Virus record (IMG/VR): IMGVR_UViG_3300021139_000005
Coordinates: 8,415 to 72,414 of that record
DNA length: 64,000 nt
Source: a virus
Direction: 5' to 3' (one strand)
The notes under the pieces: generated by a model
What the model saw: the letters and a program-made list of their open reading frames with translations, nothing else
Told to the model about the DNA's origin: nothing
The model's database searches: none
Shown here: one piece after another, positions 28,919-38,937 of the stretch
Layout: each line of letters starts with the position of its first letter
Position numbering within the stretch: the stretch's first letter is position 1
Program-made: the position numbers and the translations under genes

Positions 28919-30198
28919 TGGACAAAGAACTGCTCAAAAAGAACGTCATCATAGTTGACAATGGCTCCCACATCGGATTTGCCCAAAGACTTTCGCGTGA
29001 ATTCGGGAAGGTATACTACCACAACCCATCAGGGAAATCATCTTATCCGGCAGAGCATGACGCAGCCGTAGGGGAGGGCATGAAAGGAATTACAGTAAGC
29101 TATGATTTCTACGATGACCTGAAGGATAGCGATGCAGTATTCTTCCTTGACCTGTACCATGATGATTGGCAACAGCACCTTGTGGACATCGGATATCCGG
29201 TATGGGGCGCAAGGGAGGGCGAGGAGATAGAGACTGAGCGAATAGAAGCAAAGAAACTGATGAAGAGGCTTGGCCTACCGGTAAACAAATACGATATCGT
29301 TAAGGGACTTGACAACCTCCGCGAGTATTTGAAAAAGAATGATGATGTCTTCGTTAAGGTATCCAGATGGCGGGGTGATGGCGAAAGTTTTCACTCAGAG
29401 AATTACCAGGCTATTGAGAATAAGCTGAACCACATGCAGGTATTTTACGGCGCAATGGCAGACACGAAGGAATTTGTAGTTGAGCAGCCCATTGAGGCAG
29501 TTTGTGAGGTTGGTTTAGACCTTTACTGTATTGATGGTGTTTTTCCAGATATAGTGCCGTTCGGGTTCGAGGCCAAGGACTGCGGATATGTATGTACTGT
29601 GATGCCATTTAAAGAGATATCCCCATTGCTCACTGACCTTCCAATGAAGATGGCCGATACTCTGAGAGAGTTACAATACCGGTCAGACTTCTCCACAGAG
29701 CACAGAATAACCAAGAAAAAGGTGTCTTACTGCATAGATATTGTAGCGGGTAGAAAGCCTTCTCCTCCATCAGAACTGTTACAGGAGCTCATCCTTAATT
29801 GGGGGGAGATAATGTTCTACGGAGCCCAAGGAAAGATGATTCAGCCAGAGTATGCAGCAAAATTTGGAGCCGAGATAATCATTCACTGTGCCGATGCTGA
29901 AAAGGAATGGGTAACAATTCAAATACCAGAAGAGATTCGCCAGTGGGTAAAACTAAAAAACGTGTGTTATTACAACGATGCGTTTCAGTACATACCACAA
30001 GCGTTTGATATGGAAGAAATAGGGGCGGTTGTAGCTATTGGCGATAGTATTGAGGAATGCATTGAGAAGGTAGGGGAATACTGTTCTATGATTACAGCAC
30101 ATGGCTTAGAGATGAATGTAGAACCCATTATGGCTAAATTACAAAAGGCCATTGCCGATGGGGAGTCCGTGGGTATTAAATTTGGTCAGGAAATATAG
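28918..30198 (+). CDS. ATP-grasp amide ligase (PurD/GARS-like fold)
   Basis: GYPVWGA..EEIETERIEAKKLMKRLGLP, VFVK, FVVEQPIE..EVG; start reassigned to the coupled ATG at 28918. Confidence 0.8.
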   Translation: MDKELLKKNVIIVDNGSHIGFAQRLSREFGKVYYHNPSGKSSYPAEHDAAVGEGMKGITVSYDFYDDLKDSDAVFFLDLYHDDWQQHLVDIGYPVWGAREGEEIETERIEAKKLMKRLGLPVNKYDIVKGLDNLREYLKKNDDVFVKVSRWRGDGESFHSENYQAIENKLNHMQVFYGAMADTKEFVVEQPIEAVCEVGLDLYCIDGVFPDIVPFGFEAKDCGYVCTVMPFKEISPLLTDLPMKMADTLRELQYRSDFSTEHRITKKKVSYCIDIVAGRKPSPPSELLQELILNWGEIMFYGAQGKMIQPEYAAKFGAEIIIHCADAEKEWVTIQIPEEIRQWVKLKNVCYYNDAFQYIPQAFDMEEIGAVVAIGDSIEECIEKVGEYCSMITAHGLEMNVEPIMAKLQKAIADGESVGIKFGQEI

Positions 30199-30215
30199 CC
30201 TAAATTTGCCTTCAT

Positions 30216-33200
30216 ATGGCAAAATCACCTTCACCGTGTATCCACATTGACCTACGTACCGGAAAAGTTTATTCCGAACAGCAGTTTAAGGCAATGCTGG
30301 CAAACGATCTTCCTGAATTACTTGAAAAACTACCAGAGTTTAAGCCGAAGTATGAGGCTGTAGCAGCAAAGGTAGATGAGCTGGGCGGGACCAGTGTAAT
30401 CATAGCGCCATTTTACGATAAGCGAGCGGCCACCAGAGAAGAGGCCGATATGCTTAACAACTCCCCTGCGGTTCAGCAGCATCTTCAGAACATGCGTGAC
30501 TTGGCGAAGGCCATGGGGATCGGGGTCAAGAGTATTAAATCTAACCTGGGAAAGTTTGTAAACAAGGAGAAAAAAGAGGTTTACGAATTAAGCCATACGG
30601 TTCAGTTGGATACAAAGGATTTAGACAAGGCAACGACATTTGCTGCACTTATGGGCGTAATGGGGCCAGAGGTTCAGCAGTCTACTATTGCGGGAAGGGT
30701 GCTTTCAGAAAATGAAATCGGCTCAGACTCCCATACGGCAAATAGATTCGATGTTAACTTTTCTTCTGAAAAAGATTTTGATAGGGCAGTGGAACTCGCA
30801 ATTGCTTCAGGATTAGAGTATTCTGCCAATATTGAGAACCGAACGATATCTTTTTTGGATTTTTCTAATGGGAAAGATACCAAATGGTTGTCAAACTTTA
30901 ATACCTTTGATTCTCAAATCGTAGACAATGGAATCGACGGAGAATACGCAGTCACCCCAATTGAATCAAGACTCATCGAAGCAACCCCAAAGCCAATCTA
31001 TGAAGGAGGCCCGCTCTCGAGTGGAAGAGATGCCATTCTTCAAGAGGGGCAAAGGCAAGTGGAACTTCAAGGGGGCGGGGGATTGCTTCGTCATGCCTTG
31101 GACGAGGCAGTCACAAGAAACAACGACTTCCTCAAACAACAAGAGCTAGAACCGGTCCGCAAGGAATACGCCGATCTACGACAAAAAGAAATCGATTTAG
31201 GGGAGAAGGGAGAGCGCTTAACTGATGAAGAGGTTAAGAAGAAGGATGAGCTGTACAAAAAACTCTTGCCTGAAGTAAAGACCACAGTAGCCAAGGCCGC
31301 AGATGCATACAGTGAGGCTAAGGAGGAGATACAGAGCGTAGGGAAGAAGGTTGTAGGGAAGAAAGGCTTTGTCGTTCCGTTCAACATAAAAAGGGCTGAG
31401 AGGGCAGCGGTTAAGATACTTCGCTGGTATCAGGGTAAGGCACAGTGGCTCGGGGATGGTGCCAGGACAACAATAGTGGTACACGATGCCGCTGACATCC
31501 ATGATGTTGTTGAAGACCTGAAAAAACAATACGGTGGCGGGATTGAACGCGATGAGACTACCGGTGAAACAGACCTTGGATATCCAAAACAATTACTTGA
31601 GGTAAGGACTAAAAACGGTCGCATAGCTGAGTTCCAGGTAATGACTCCAGAGGGTTACTTAGCTAAAGATGGCATAACCAATTTCCAACCAGAGAAACAA
31701 GGTTACGCTAAACAGGTTCTGAATGCTATTCGTGATCGACTTGGCTTTGATATTCCGGATGGTGCCGGCCATTATTTGTATGAAATCAGCAGAGACTTTA
31801 ACGTTCCAGGTGAACTACGCGAGGAGGCAAACCGGTTAAGCAGGCAGTATTACGATGCCATGACTAACGAGAACAGCACACTCGATGGTAAGCAGTTTGA
31901 GAAGGACATGAAAGCATTCGTTGATAAGGTTGACGGTGCCGATAAATCTGGATGGGATGAGGGTAATAAGGGAGTTGCTCCTGAGCCGGTAAGAGAGTTT
32001 ATCGGTGCAGAGGAAGCGGACAAAAACCTTCCTACATACACAGCAAAAAATGTTGGTTCGATAGATACTAAGGATAGGGAAGGCGCACAGAAAAAGGTTC
32101 TGGAAGATGCAAAGAGGGTGATTAAGGCGGTCTCTGGCATCGTTAAGAAGGGTACAGGACTTGATCTGAAGGTCGTTGTTCATGATGATCCGGAATCGTT
32201 CGCTAGGGCAGTAAGGAGAGCAGGGGGAAAGAGTCAGAACGCAGGTGCCCGGGGATTCTATATGGGGCCAGATGGAGCGATACATCTCAACATGGACAAG
32301 GTTACTACCGACACAATGCTCCATGAAGGATTTCACCCTCTCCTTGATTATATAGCAGCACAGAAGCCGGAAGAGCTCGACAATCTTTATAAGCAACTCA
32401 AAAGCGTTCCGGGCGCAGAGGACATTGTGGACCAGGCCGATATAGACTACACCGGAGATGTCACTCGTAAGAAGGAGGCCATCACTGATTTCATCGCCAA
32501 GGTAGCTAACGGAGATATCAAAATCGAGCCAACTACTATCGATAAAATCAAGGACTTCATCAATAAAGCGCTTAACGTTGTAGGCTTAGGAAAGGCTCCT
32601 GTTGACATGGGACTGGACATGAGTAATGCTGAAGACTTGAAGGCATTGGCAAAGGGGATAAGCCAAAGTTTCGCAACCGGAAAGGAAATAAAGCCATCGG
32701 ACATAGTTCCAGATTGGTTGCAAGGGAAGGGAACAGAGGGGAACGCTGACCAACCTATACAGCTACAGGCTGACTTCACTCACAAAGAAAGTGGATTAGA
32801 ATGGCAGTACTTTAAAAACTCAAATAAGTTCAAAGACTTGGTTGATCGGGGATATGTAACCTTTGATAAAACCATCCACGACTTTAAAGGGGCGGTAGTA
32901 TTCCACATGCCCGATGCGGGGTTTTCGGGTAGAATATTAAAGGATGGGGTATTGGTTTCTGAGGGAAAGGGGGGCGTATACTATCCATTAGTTTTCCATG
33001 ACAATGGAGACTTTTGGGCAGCTACATCACGCGGGGCAGCGTCATTGGCAAAGAGGTTAAATCAGGCTAGGGCCGCATCGCCGGACGGAAAAATAAGGAT
33101 GGTATTGGTCTCTTCACCAATAGACAAACTGATGTCTTCCTCGCTAAATGGAATAGGACTTGTAGATATGCTAACATCAAAAGCATTTAGCGATAAGTCT

Positions 33201-36200
33201 GGGGTTACCCCCACTCAACTAAGGAAAGCAATCATATCCGCTGTTGAGAAGACCGAGGAGTCAAGGAAGCAAAAAAAGGATGGAATGAAGCCATCACAAA
33301 AGCCATTATTTAAAGTTAAGGCTGGGGATACGATGGCTGATCTACACATTAAATTAAGGGAATACTACCCACCAGAAAACAGCGATTTTGCAGTAAGAAA
33401 AGCTCTAAATAAGAACATACTTGGAGAGCTTGCGGGTTCTATATCCGGGAAGACAGCAAAGCAACTAAACGACTTCTTAGGTGCCGGTACATTTAATAGG
33501 GCGTTAAAGTCTAAAGGAGAGTCAGTGTCAAAAGCTAGTTTATCGGAAGGGTTTTCTAATATCCTTGCAGAGCCAATGCTTAGGGGGGAGGAGTCAGGGA
33601 AAATGTATGCAGTTATTGAGTTAGGTGCAGATGTAGAGCCAGTAAAAACATCGGACCACGAATCTTATCCTTACACCTTAAGGTCGACGGACCCCAACGA
33701 AAAGCCAACAGTACATATTTTAAAAGAAAGAGATCACTGGTACAATCACGCAACAGATGAGGGGGGGGATATTATAGGTGATGACAAAGATAAGCAGGCA
33801 TCAACGTTGCCGACAAATGCAGGGATATCTAATGTTGTTGATTTGAAGCCACAGGGCGAACCAAAGAAAAGCAAAGAGGCTCCTCAATTCCAAAAAGACA
33901 CATCGAAAGAAGAGGATGAAAAGAATCTCCCATCTCGGGCAGAGATGATCCTTCAGGGCAAAACAAAGGCTGAAATTGATGCTGAGATTCAGAGAAGAAA
34001 AGACCTCGGATTAACAGCGGCCAGGTTCCCTCAAAGAGTGATAGGAGCAAGGAAAGCGGATATCGAAAAAGACCTTGAGGAATTAGGACTTTCACCACTT
34101 GAAAAAGCCGAGGTGAAGGCCAACCAAATGGTGTGGGACAAGGCAGTAAAAGAGGTGAACAGCGGGAAGGTTCAGCCACTTGATATTGCAGACAGGATCA
34201 ACTCTTCATCAGACGCTACAATCACTACAGAGGAAAAGGCTGCGCTACTATATGAACGAGGGAAACTACTCAATGCCCATGATGAGGCGGTAAGCAATAT
34301 GAACAAGGCAATTGACTCTGGAGATGACTCCGGAGTTTTGAGTTCATTGGAGGACATGGCCCGAATCACTGATCAATACAACCAGGTTGCAACCGCAGCA
34401 GTAAAGGGAACGAGCGAAGCAGCCAGGGTGTTGCAGTTGGGTACCAGAGATACTGATGCTAACTATCATCTTTTGGAGGTAAAGCGCCGGCTGAATGAAT
34501 TCGTTCCTGCCGATGCAAAGACTCAGAAAAAGGTAGAGGGATTAGTTGCTAAATTGAAAGAGGCAACAGACCGGTTGGAGCACAGCCGTCAAAAGGAGGC
34601 AGACCTTCAACGTGGTCAGGCCATCCAGGATGAGATCAACAAGCAACTCAAAGAACAGGTAAAGCTGGGCGGTGGTAGGCTGCGCGGGGATGCTCTGATA
34701 GCAGATGCCACAGAAGACTTTGCGAAACTGTTTGGCCTGATTGATACCAAGCCACAGTTCCAGAAGGCTGAGGACGAGAAGAACGTAAGTTTCTCTAACG
34801 CGGTAGCTAAATTGGCGAAAGGCTTTGCTGATAAAGGATTCAATGGAGATGCTATTTGGGATAAGGTTAAAGAGCATGTCAAGGAAAAGACCGGCAGAGA
34901 CATACCTGAAATATACAAGGACGATGCCCTGGTAGAAGCCAAAGATACCGGTGAGGCAATCAAGGAAAAAGTAGCTGAGAAGGTTCAATCCGGAGATACA
35001 GACCTGAAGGATATGAAGGGAGAACTGAAGAAGCGCCAGCGCGAACTGGTAGCTGATGGCATGAAGAAACATGAGGAGGTGACAGCGGCCATAACCAAGG
35101 AACTGAACGATGCTGCCGGTGAAGACAAGTTCGATGAGCGCGATGTGAGGGATGTATTATCTGGATACGGTGATGTGAAAAAGCCATCTGCTGACGAGCT
35201 GGATAAAGAAATCCGTGAGCAGAATGTGAAGATGAGACTTGCCTCTTCGAAAGAAGATGTGATCATCGGTAATGCTCCTTTAAAAAGTGGATTCCAGCGT
35301 GATGCACCAACTCAGGAGATCAGGGAGTTACAGCGTGAAGTGCAGAGGATAATGAAGGATAAAGGCATTCAGGATGGCCGTAGTCCAGAGCAAAGATGGA
35401 AGACCTCATTAGAGGCTATAAAAACAGGGCTGAAGCGCCAGATAGAGGATTTGACCAAGCAGTTAAATACAGGGGTAAAAGAAACCAAGAACAAGGCCAA
35501 GACACCTTACGATGATGAAGCGAAGAATTTACTTGCTCTACGCGATCAATTACAATCAGAGGCAGACAGAATCTTTGGTAAAACTGAGTTGAGTGATGAG
35601 CAGAAGGTTAAAATGGCCATGGACTCTGCAGAGAAGAGCTACCGTGAATATCAGCGCCGGCTAAGAGAATCTGACTTTACTCCTCAGCAGAATAGCACAA
35701 CACCTGAAACACCTGCCCTGAAGCAATTACGTGATGCCAGGGACAACATGCGTAAGGCATATGAGAAGGCTAAAAAAGCGGCCCAGGGTAAGGCTCCGAA
35801 GTCACCTGAACAGAAGGCGCTTGACCGGGTAGAAAAGGAACTTGATGACCTGATTCAAAAGGTTCAGGATGGGGAAACTGCTGAACGATTAAAGAGCACT
35901 ACTCCGGAAACTCCGGAACTGAAGCAAGCAATAGAACTTCGTGATAAGCTGAAGCAGCATATGGAAAACATGCGTAACGCTGCTGATCCATTCAGAGAGG
36001 AACGTATGGCTCTGGACACATGGAGGAAGCGCAAACAGGCTGAAATTGAGAAGAAGAAGGAAAGGCTGGACCTGATAAATAAAGGCATTGAACCTAATCC
36101 TCCTAAACCTAAAATTGAACCAAGGAGCGCTGCGGATATTGCATTACAGGCCGAGGCAGAAAGGCTCAAGATTCAGATAGACCGGGCGATTGAGAAACAA

Positions 36201-37850
36201 CGGTTGGAGGCAAGATCGGAGCTAGAGAAAAAACTGGCCATCGCTTTCAGAATAAAAAGGGCAACAATTTTAGCCAGGGCATCAGTGTTCGTTAAGTTAT
36301 CGTGCGCTGCAATGTGGCAGGCGGGTATTATTACTCCTACAACTAAAATGGTTCAAACAGGGATTGGAAAGATTCCAGGTCTTAGGGACGTATCATCTAA
36401 CTCACCAACGCAGGGAAATTATTCTTTGGATGCTGCCGCTGCAAACTATAAGCAGTTTTGGGGTAAAGAAGTATTAGCTGACATCAACAAAACATGGAAG
36501 ACCGGCATCATGGATATTGATGCTATTGATGGGAAACAGCCTCAGATAGAGGAGCATTGGGAAGACATCATAGGCAACTCTCACGCAGCAGTCAAGGTAA
36601 TACCGGCAAGGGCAGAATACTTTTCTTCAGCACAGTCAGTAGCGGAGTGGGCAGTGCGTAACAAACTTCGTTTGGATAGTCCGCACACTCAGGAGATAAT
36701 CCATGAGCTTTCTTATGATAATGCACAGAGGAATATCTTCAAGAATCCAAACGCGATATCTAAGGCATACAAGGAGTTTATCAACCAGGTAGCTGATAGA
36801 GGTGGTCCGATAGGTAAGATAGCCAAGACCATGCTGTTTGATGAGAATCTGCCGATCATTACCGTACCAACCAACATCGCCATTGATGGAGCAACGTATG
36901 CCTTCGGTGCTGCCAGGGCCTTGGCTGATGCATATGAGTTAAAGGCGCTGGGCGGTCCGAAAGGAGTAGAGGGCGAGAGCAAGGAGAATACGATCAAGAG
37001 GTTGAAACTGAATGATGATATCATGAGAAGCCTTGGTAAGCAAACTGTTGGTCTCCTTGGTTTGGCTATGGGGTATTCACTTTATCACTCTCTTGGCGGG
37101 TTATACAACAAGGGGGAAAAGAAGAAGATTGATGACTTAAAGCCAGGTGAAATTCAGGCAGGAAACTGGAAGATATCTCCACTGTTTACCCACCATCCAG
37201 GGTTCTATTCATTACAGATTTCGGCAAACTTCCAGAGACTTTTGGAGGCACATAAAGCAGATAAAACCAAGGCAGGTAAGGAGCCGTTTAACTGGTCAGA
37301 TGCTTTGGCAAAATCTGTTCTTGCTACAGCGAAAGAGATTCCTTTTGTAGAATCGATGGATGCTCCGGAGAAGGTTCTTGCCAGTGGCCAGGGTGTGGTT
37401 ATGGCGGCAGGACAAACTTACCTTGCAGATAACATACCAGGATTTTTGGAGGAAATCGCAAAGGCTACCGATCCGGAGGCAAACAGATACCCTCAAAGCG
37501 TATGGCAGGAAATAGAGAAAAAAATACCGGTGTTACGCGAGAATGTACCATCCGAGAAACCTGGCGCACAGAGAGGTGATCCGTTGAACAAAGCGATCAA
37601 ACAGGAGAAGGAACTTGTTAAGGATAAGGAAGACAGGGGCAAGGGCACATCCAAGGAAGAAAAGGAACTGCAGGGCTTACAGGGTAAAAAGGAGAAGCAG
37701 GTTCAGGACCAGGCCAAGGAGGTAGCAAAAAGATTCAAAACCATGGAAAAGGGTAAGGCCAAGGCATCACTGAATAAAATGGTGAAGGACAAAGACATAC
37801 CCGGTGCCGTTCGTGATGAGGTGTTCAGAGAACTGGAGATTGATAAGTAA
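30216..37850 (+). CDS. Giant polyvalent virion cargo protein with RelA/SpoT-like nucleotidyltransferase and zincin (HExxH) domains
   Basis: KRAERAAVK..DGARTTI..GY..AEFQVMT; MLHEGFH..E; long coiled-coil C-terminal half. Confidence 0.75.
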   Translation: MAKSPSPCIHIDLRTGKVYSEQQFKAMLANDLPELLEKLPEFKPKYEAVAAKVDELGGTSVIIAPFYDKRAATREEADMLNNSPAVQQHLQNMRDLAKAMGIGVKSIKSNLGKFVNKEKKEVYELSHTVQLDTKDLDKATTFAALMGVMGPEVQQSTIAGRVLSENEIGSDSHTANRFDVNFSSEKDFDRAVELAIASGLEYSANIENRTISFLDFSNGKDTKWLSNFNTFDSQIVDNGIDGEYAVTPIESRLIEATPKPIYEGGPLSSGRDAILQEGQRQVELQGGGGLLRHALDEAVTRNNDFLKQQELEPVRKEYADLRQKEIDLGEKGERLTDEEVKKKDELYKKLLPEVKTTVAKAADAYSEAKEEIQSVGKKVVGKKGFVVPFNIKRAERAAVKILRWYQGKAQWLGDGARTTIVVHDAADIHDVVEDLKKQYGGGIERDETTGETDLGYPKQLLEVRTKNGRIAEFQVMTPEGYLAKDGITNFQPEKQGYAKQVLNAIRDRLGFDIPDGAGHYLYEISRDFNVPGELREEANRLSRQYYDAMTNENSTLDGKQFEKDMKAFVDKVDGADKSGWDEGNKGVAPEPVREFIGAEEADKNLPTYTAKNVGSIDTKDREGAQKKVLEDAKRVIKAVSGIVKKGTGLDLKVVVHDDPESFARAVRRAGGKSQNAGARGFYMGPDGAIHLNMDKVTTDTMLHEGFHPLLDYIAAQKPEELDNLYKQLKSVPGAEDIVDQADIDYTGDVTRKKEAITDFIAKVANGDIKIEPTTIDKIKDFINKALNVVGLGKAPVDMGLDMSNAEDLKALAKGISQSFATGKEIKPSDIVPDWLQGKGTEGNADQPIQLQADFTHKESGLEWQYFKNSNKFKDLVDRGYVTFDKTIHDFKGAVVFHMPDAGFSGRILKDGVLVSEGKGGVYYPLVFHDNGDFWAATSRGAASLAKRLNQARAASPDGKIRMVLVSSPIDKLMSSSLNGIGLVDMLTSKAFSDKSGVTPTQLRKAIISAVEKTEESRKQKKDGMKPSQKPLFKVKAGDTMADLHIKLREYYPPENSDFAVRKALNKNILGELAGSISGKTAKQLNDFLGAGTFNRALKSKGESVSKASLSEGFSNILAEPMLRGEESGKMYAVIELGADVEPVKTSDHESYPYTLRSTDPNEKPTVHILKERDHWYNHATDEGGDIIGDDKDKQASTLPTNAGISNVVDLKPQGEPKKSKEAPQFQKDTSKEEDEKNLPSRAEMILQGKTKAEIDAEIQRRKDLGLTAARFPQRVIGARKADIEKDLEELGLSPLEKAEVKANQMVWDKAVKEVNSGKVQPLDIADRINSSSDATITTEEKAALLYERGKLLNAHDEAVSNMNKAIDSGDDSGVLSSLEDMARITDQYNQVATAAVKGTSEAARVLQLGTRDTDANYHLLEVKRRLNEFVPADAKTQKKVEGLVAKLKEATDRLEHSRQKEADLQRGQAIQDEINKQLKEQVKLGGGRLRGDALIADATEDFAKLFGLIDTKPQFQKAEDEKNVSFSNAVAKLAKGFADKGFNGDAIWDKVKEHVKEKTGRDIPEIYKDDALVEAKDTGEAIKEKVAEKVQSGDTDLKDMKGELKKRQRELVADGMKKHEEVTAAITKELNDAAGEDKFDERDVRDVLSGYGDVKKPSADELDKEIREQNVKMRLASSKEDVIIGNAPLKSGFQRDAPTQEIRELQREVQRIMKDKGIQDGRSPEQRWKTSLEAIKTGLKRQIEDLTKQLNTGVKETKNKAKTPYDDEAKNLLALRDQLQSEADRIFGKTELSDEQKVKMAMDSAEKSYREYQRRLRESDFTPQQNSTTPETPALKQLRDARDNMRKAYEKAKKAAQGKAPKSPEQKALDRVEKELDDLIQKVQDGETAERLKSTTPETPELKQAIELRDKLKQHMENMRNAADPFREERMALDTWRKRKQAEIEKKKERLDLINKGIEPNPPKPKIEPRSAADIALQAEAERLKIQIDRAIEKQRLEARSELEKKLAIAFRIKRATILARASVFVKLSCAAMWQAGIITPTTKMVQTGIGKIPGLRDVSSNSPTQGNYSLDAAAANYKQFWGKEVLADINKTWKTGIMDIDAIDGKQPQIEEHWEDIIGNSHAAVKVIPARAEYFSSAQSVAEWAVRNKLRLDSPHTQEIIHELSYDNAQRNIFKNPNAISKAYKEFINQVADRGGPIGKIAKTMLFDENLPIITVPTNIAIDGATYAFGAARALADAYELKALGGPKGVEGESKENTIKRLKLNDDIMRSLGKQTVGLLGLAMGYSLYHSLGGLYNKGEKKKIDDLKPGEIQAGNWKISPLFTHHPGFYSLQISANFQRLLEAHKADKTKAGKEPFNWSDALAKSVLATAKEIPFVESMDAPEKVLASGQGVVMAAGQTYLADNIPGFLEEIAKATDPEANRYPQSVWQEIEKKIPVLRENVPSEKPGAQRGDPLNKAIKQEKELVKDKEDRGKGTSKEEKELQGLQGKKEKQVQDQAKEVAKRFKTMEKGKAKASLNKMVKDKDIPGAVRDEVFRELEIDK

Positions 37851-37888
37851 GAAGTTTCTATTTTTACACAGTAAATTAAACCAACGAT

Positions 37889-38434
37889 ATGCAATTCATC
37901 AGTCCCAACTCGGTAACGGTAACGAATGGTGTAGGAAGCTACCCTGCAAGTTTTAATTACGTTTGGGGCGATACTACGAGCCCTGCATTTACAGTTGACT
38001 CTGCGGTTAATACCGTGATTCACGTAACCAACTGGCAGGGAACGGAGCAGCAGTTTGAGTTATTGGTCGGCGGTTATTTCGTTGACTACACCAATAAGGC
38101 AATTTATCGCATCGTTGCAAACAAATATCATGCTCCTGACGGATCAGGAAAGGCGATAGACCTGTATGTGAACAAGCCAGTGGTTTTGAGTTCACCAACT
38201 ACAGTTTTCCAGGTAGTTCCATTTAATTTGGTAGCGGGTATCTTCTCTGTTATGGTTCGCCTTGAATCAGGTGTCGCTACAATCAGAAATGCGAATGATA
38301 ACACTACCTCAAGTTTGGCAGCGGTCAATCAGCGTATCACTATTTCTCCGGCCAGCAACATCAGAGGCTATGTGGAAGCGATCCTTATCGACACAACCGC
38401 AACAGGCGTAGCCGAAGCCAGTAACTCTAAATAA
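37889..38434 (+). CDS. Hypothetical beta-rich virion protein
   Basis: 181-aa T/V/N-rich ORF in the late region. Confidence 0.5.
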   Translation: MQFISPNSVTVTNGVGSYPASFNYVWGDTTSPAFTVDSAVNTVIHVTNWQGTEQQFELLVGGYFVDYTNKAIYRIVANKYHAPDGSGKAIDLYVNKPVVLSSPTTVFQVVPFNLVAGIFSVMVRLESGVATIRNANDNTTSSLAAVNQRITISPASNIRGYVEAILIDTTATGVAEASNSK

Positions 38435-38437
38435 TCA

Positions 38438-38692
38438 ATGATGAACTGGCTGAAAACATTCTTTGAGGAAAATCCGAATTTTGCCAGCGCAATGCGCCTC
38501 ATCTACATTTTTGGTAGTGCTTGGCTCATGGCTTTCGTTACGGTATCTGTGTTCACAGGGAAATGCACCTTCGTTGAAGGGTGCCAGTATTTCGTTATTA
38601 TTTTCGGCCTTCTACAAGGAGGTAAGACTTTGTCAAAACATCTTGAGAATAATTCGCCACAGGAAGCTCCCCCGGCTCCTAAAACAGAATAA
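38438..38692 (+). CDS. Putative holin (two TM segments)
   Basis: Two hydrophobic helices, located in the lysis cluster. Confidence 0.55.
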   Translation: MMNWLKTFFEENPNFASAMRLIYIFGSAWLMAFVTVSVFTGKCTFVEGCQYFVIIFGLLQGGKTLSKHLENNSPQEAPPAPKTE

Positions 38693-38694
38693 AT

Positions 38695-38937
38695 ATGCCT
38701 ACAACAATGATTGACGCTTTGATCCATTTAGGATTGCCTGGGTGCATGCTTGCTTTCTTTATTTGGTACCTTGTGAAGAAAGATAATGACCATGCAGAGG
38801 AGAGAAAAGAGCTGAGTGCTCAGAACCAATCAAATACACAGAGGTTCATTGCTGTGGTAGAAAAGAACACAGATGCCCTGATAAAAATGGAGGTCCGTGT
38901 AGAGAATGCGGAGTGCAAGTTTGGAGCAGGCCGTTAA
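38695..38937 (+). CDS. Putative holin/lysis membrane protein (one TM plus coiled coil)
   Basis: LGLPGCMLAFFIWYLV followed by a coiled coil, just upstream of the lysozyme-like gene. Confidence 0.55.
   Translation: MPTTMIDALIHLGLPGCMLAFFIWYLVKKDNDHAEERKELSAQNQSNTQRFIAVVEKNTDALIKMEVRVENAECKFGAGR

Noticed and set aside
28918-30198. Auxiliary metabolic purD gene
   Set aside because: Only the general ATP-grasp fold is recognisable, the GxGGRE N-terminal motif is absent and there are no other pur genes
30216-37850. Virion RNA polymerase typical of Crassvirales
   Set aside because: No DxDxD catalytic motif in a plausible context (DIDAID lies in a helical region); the domains fit a polyvalent protein
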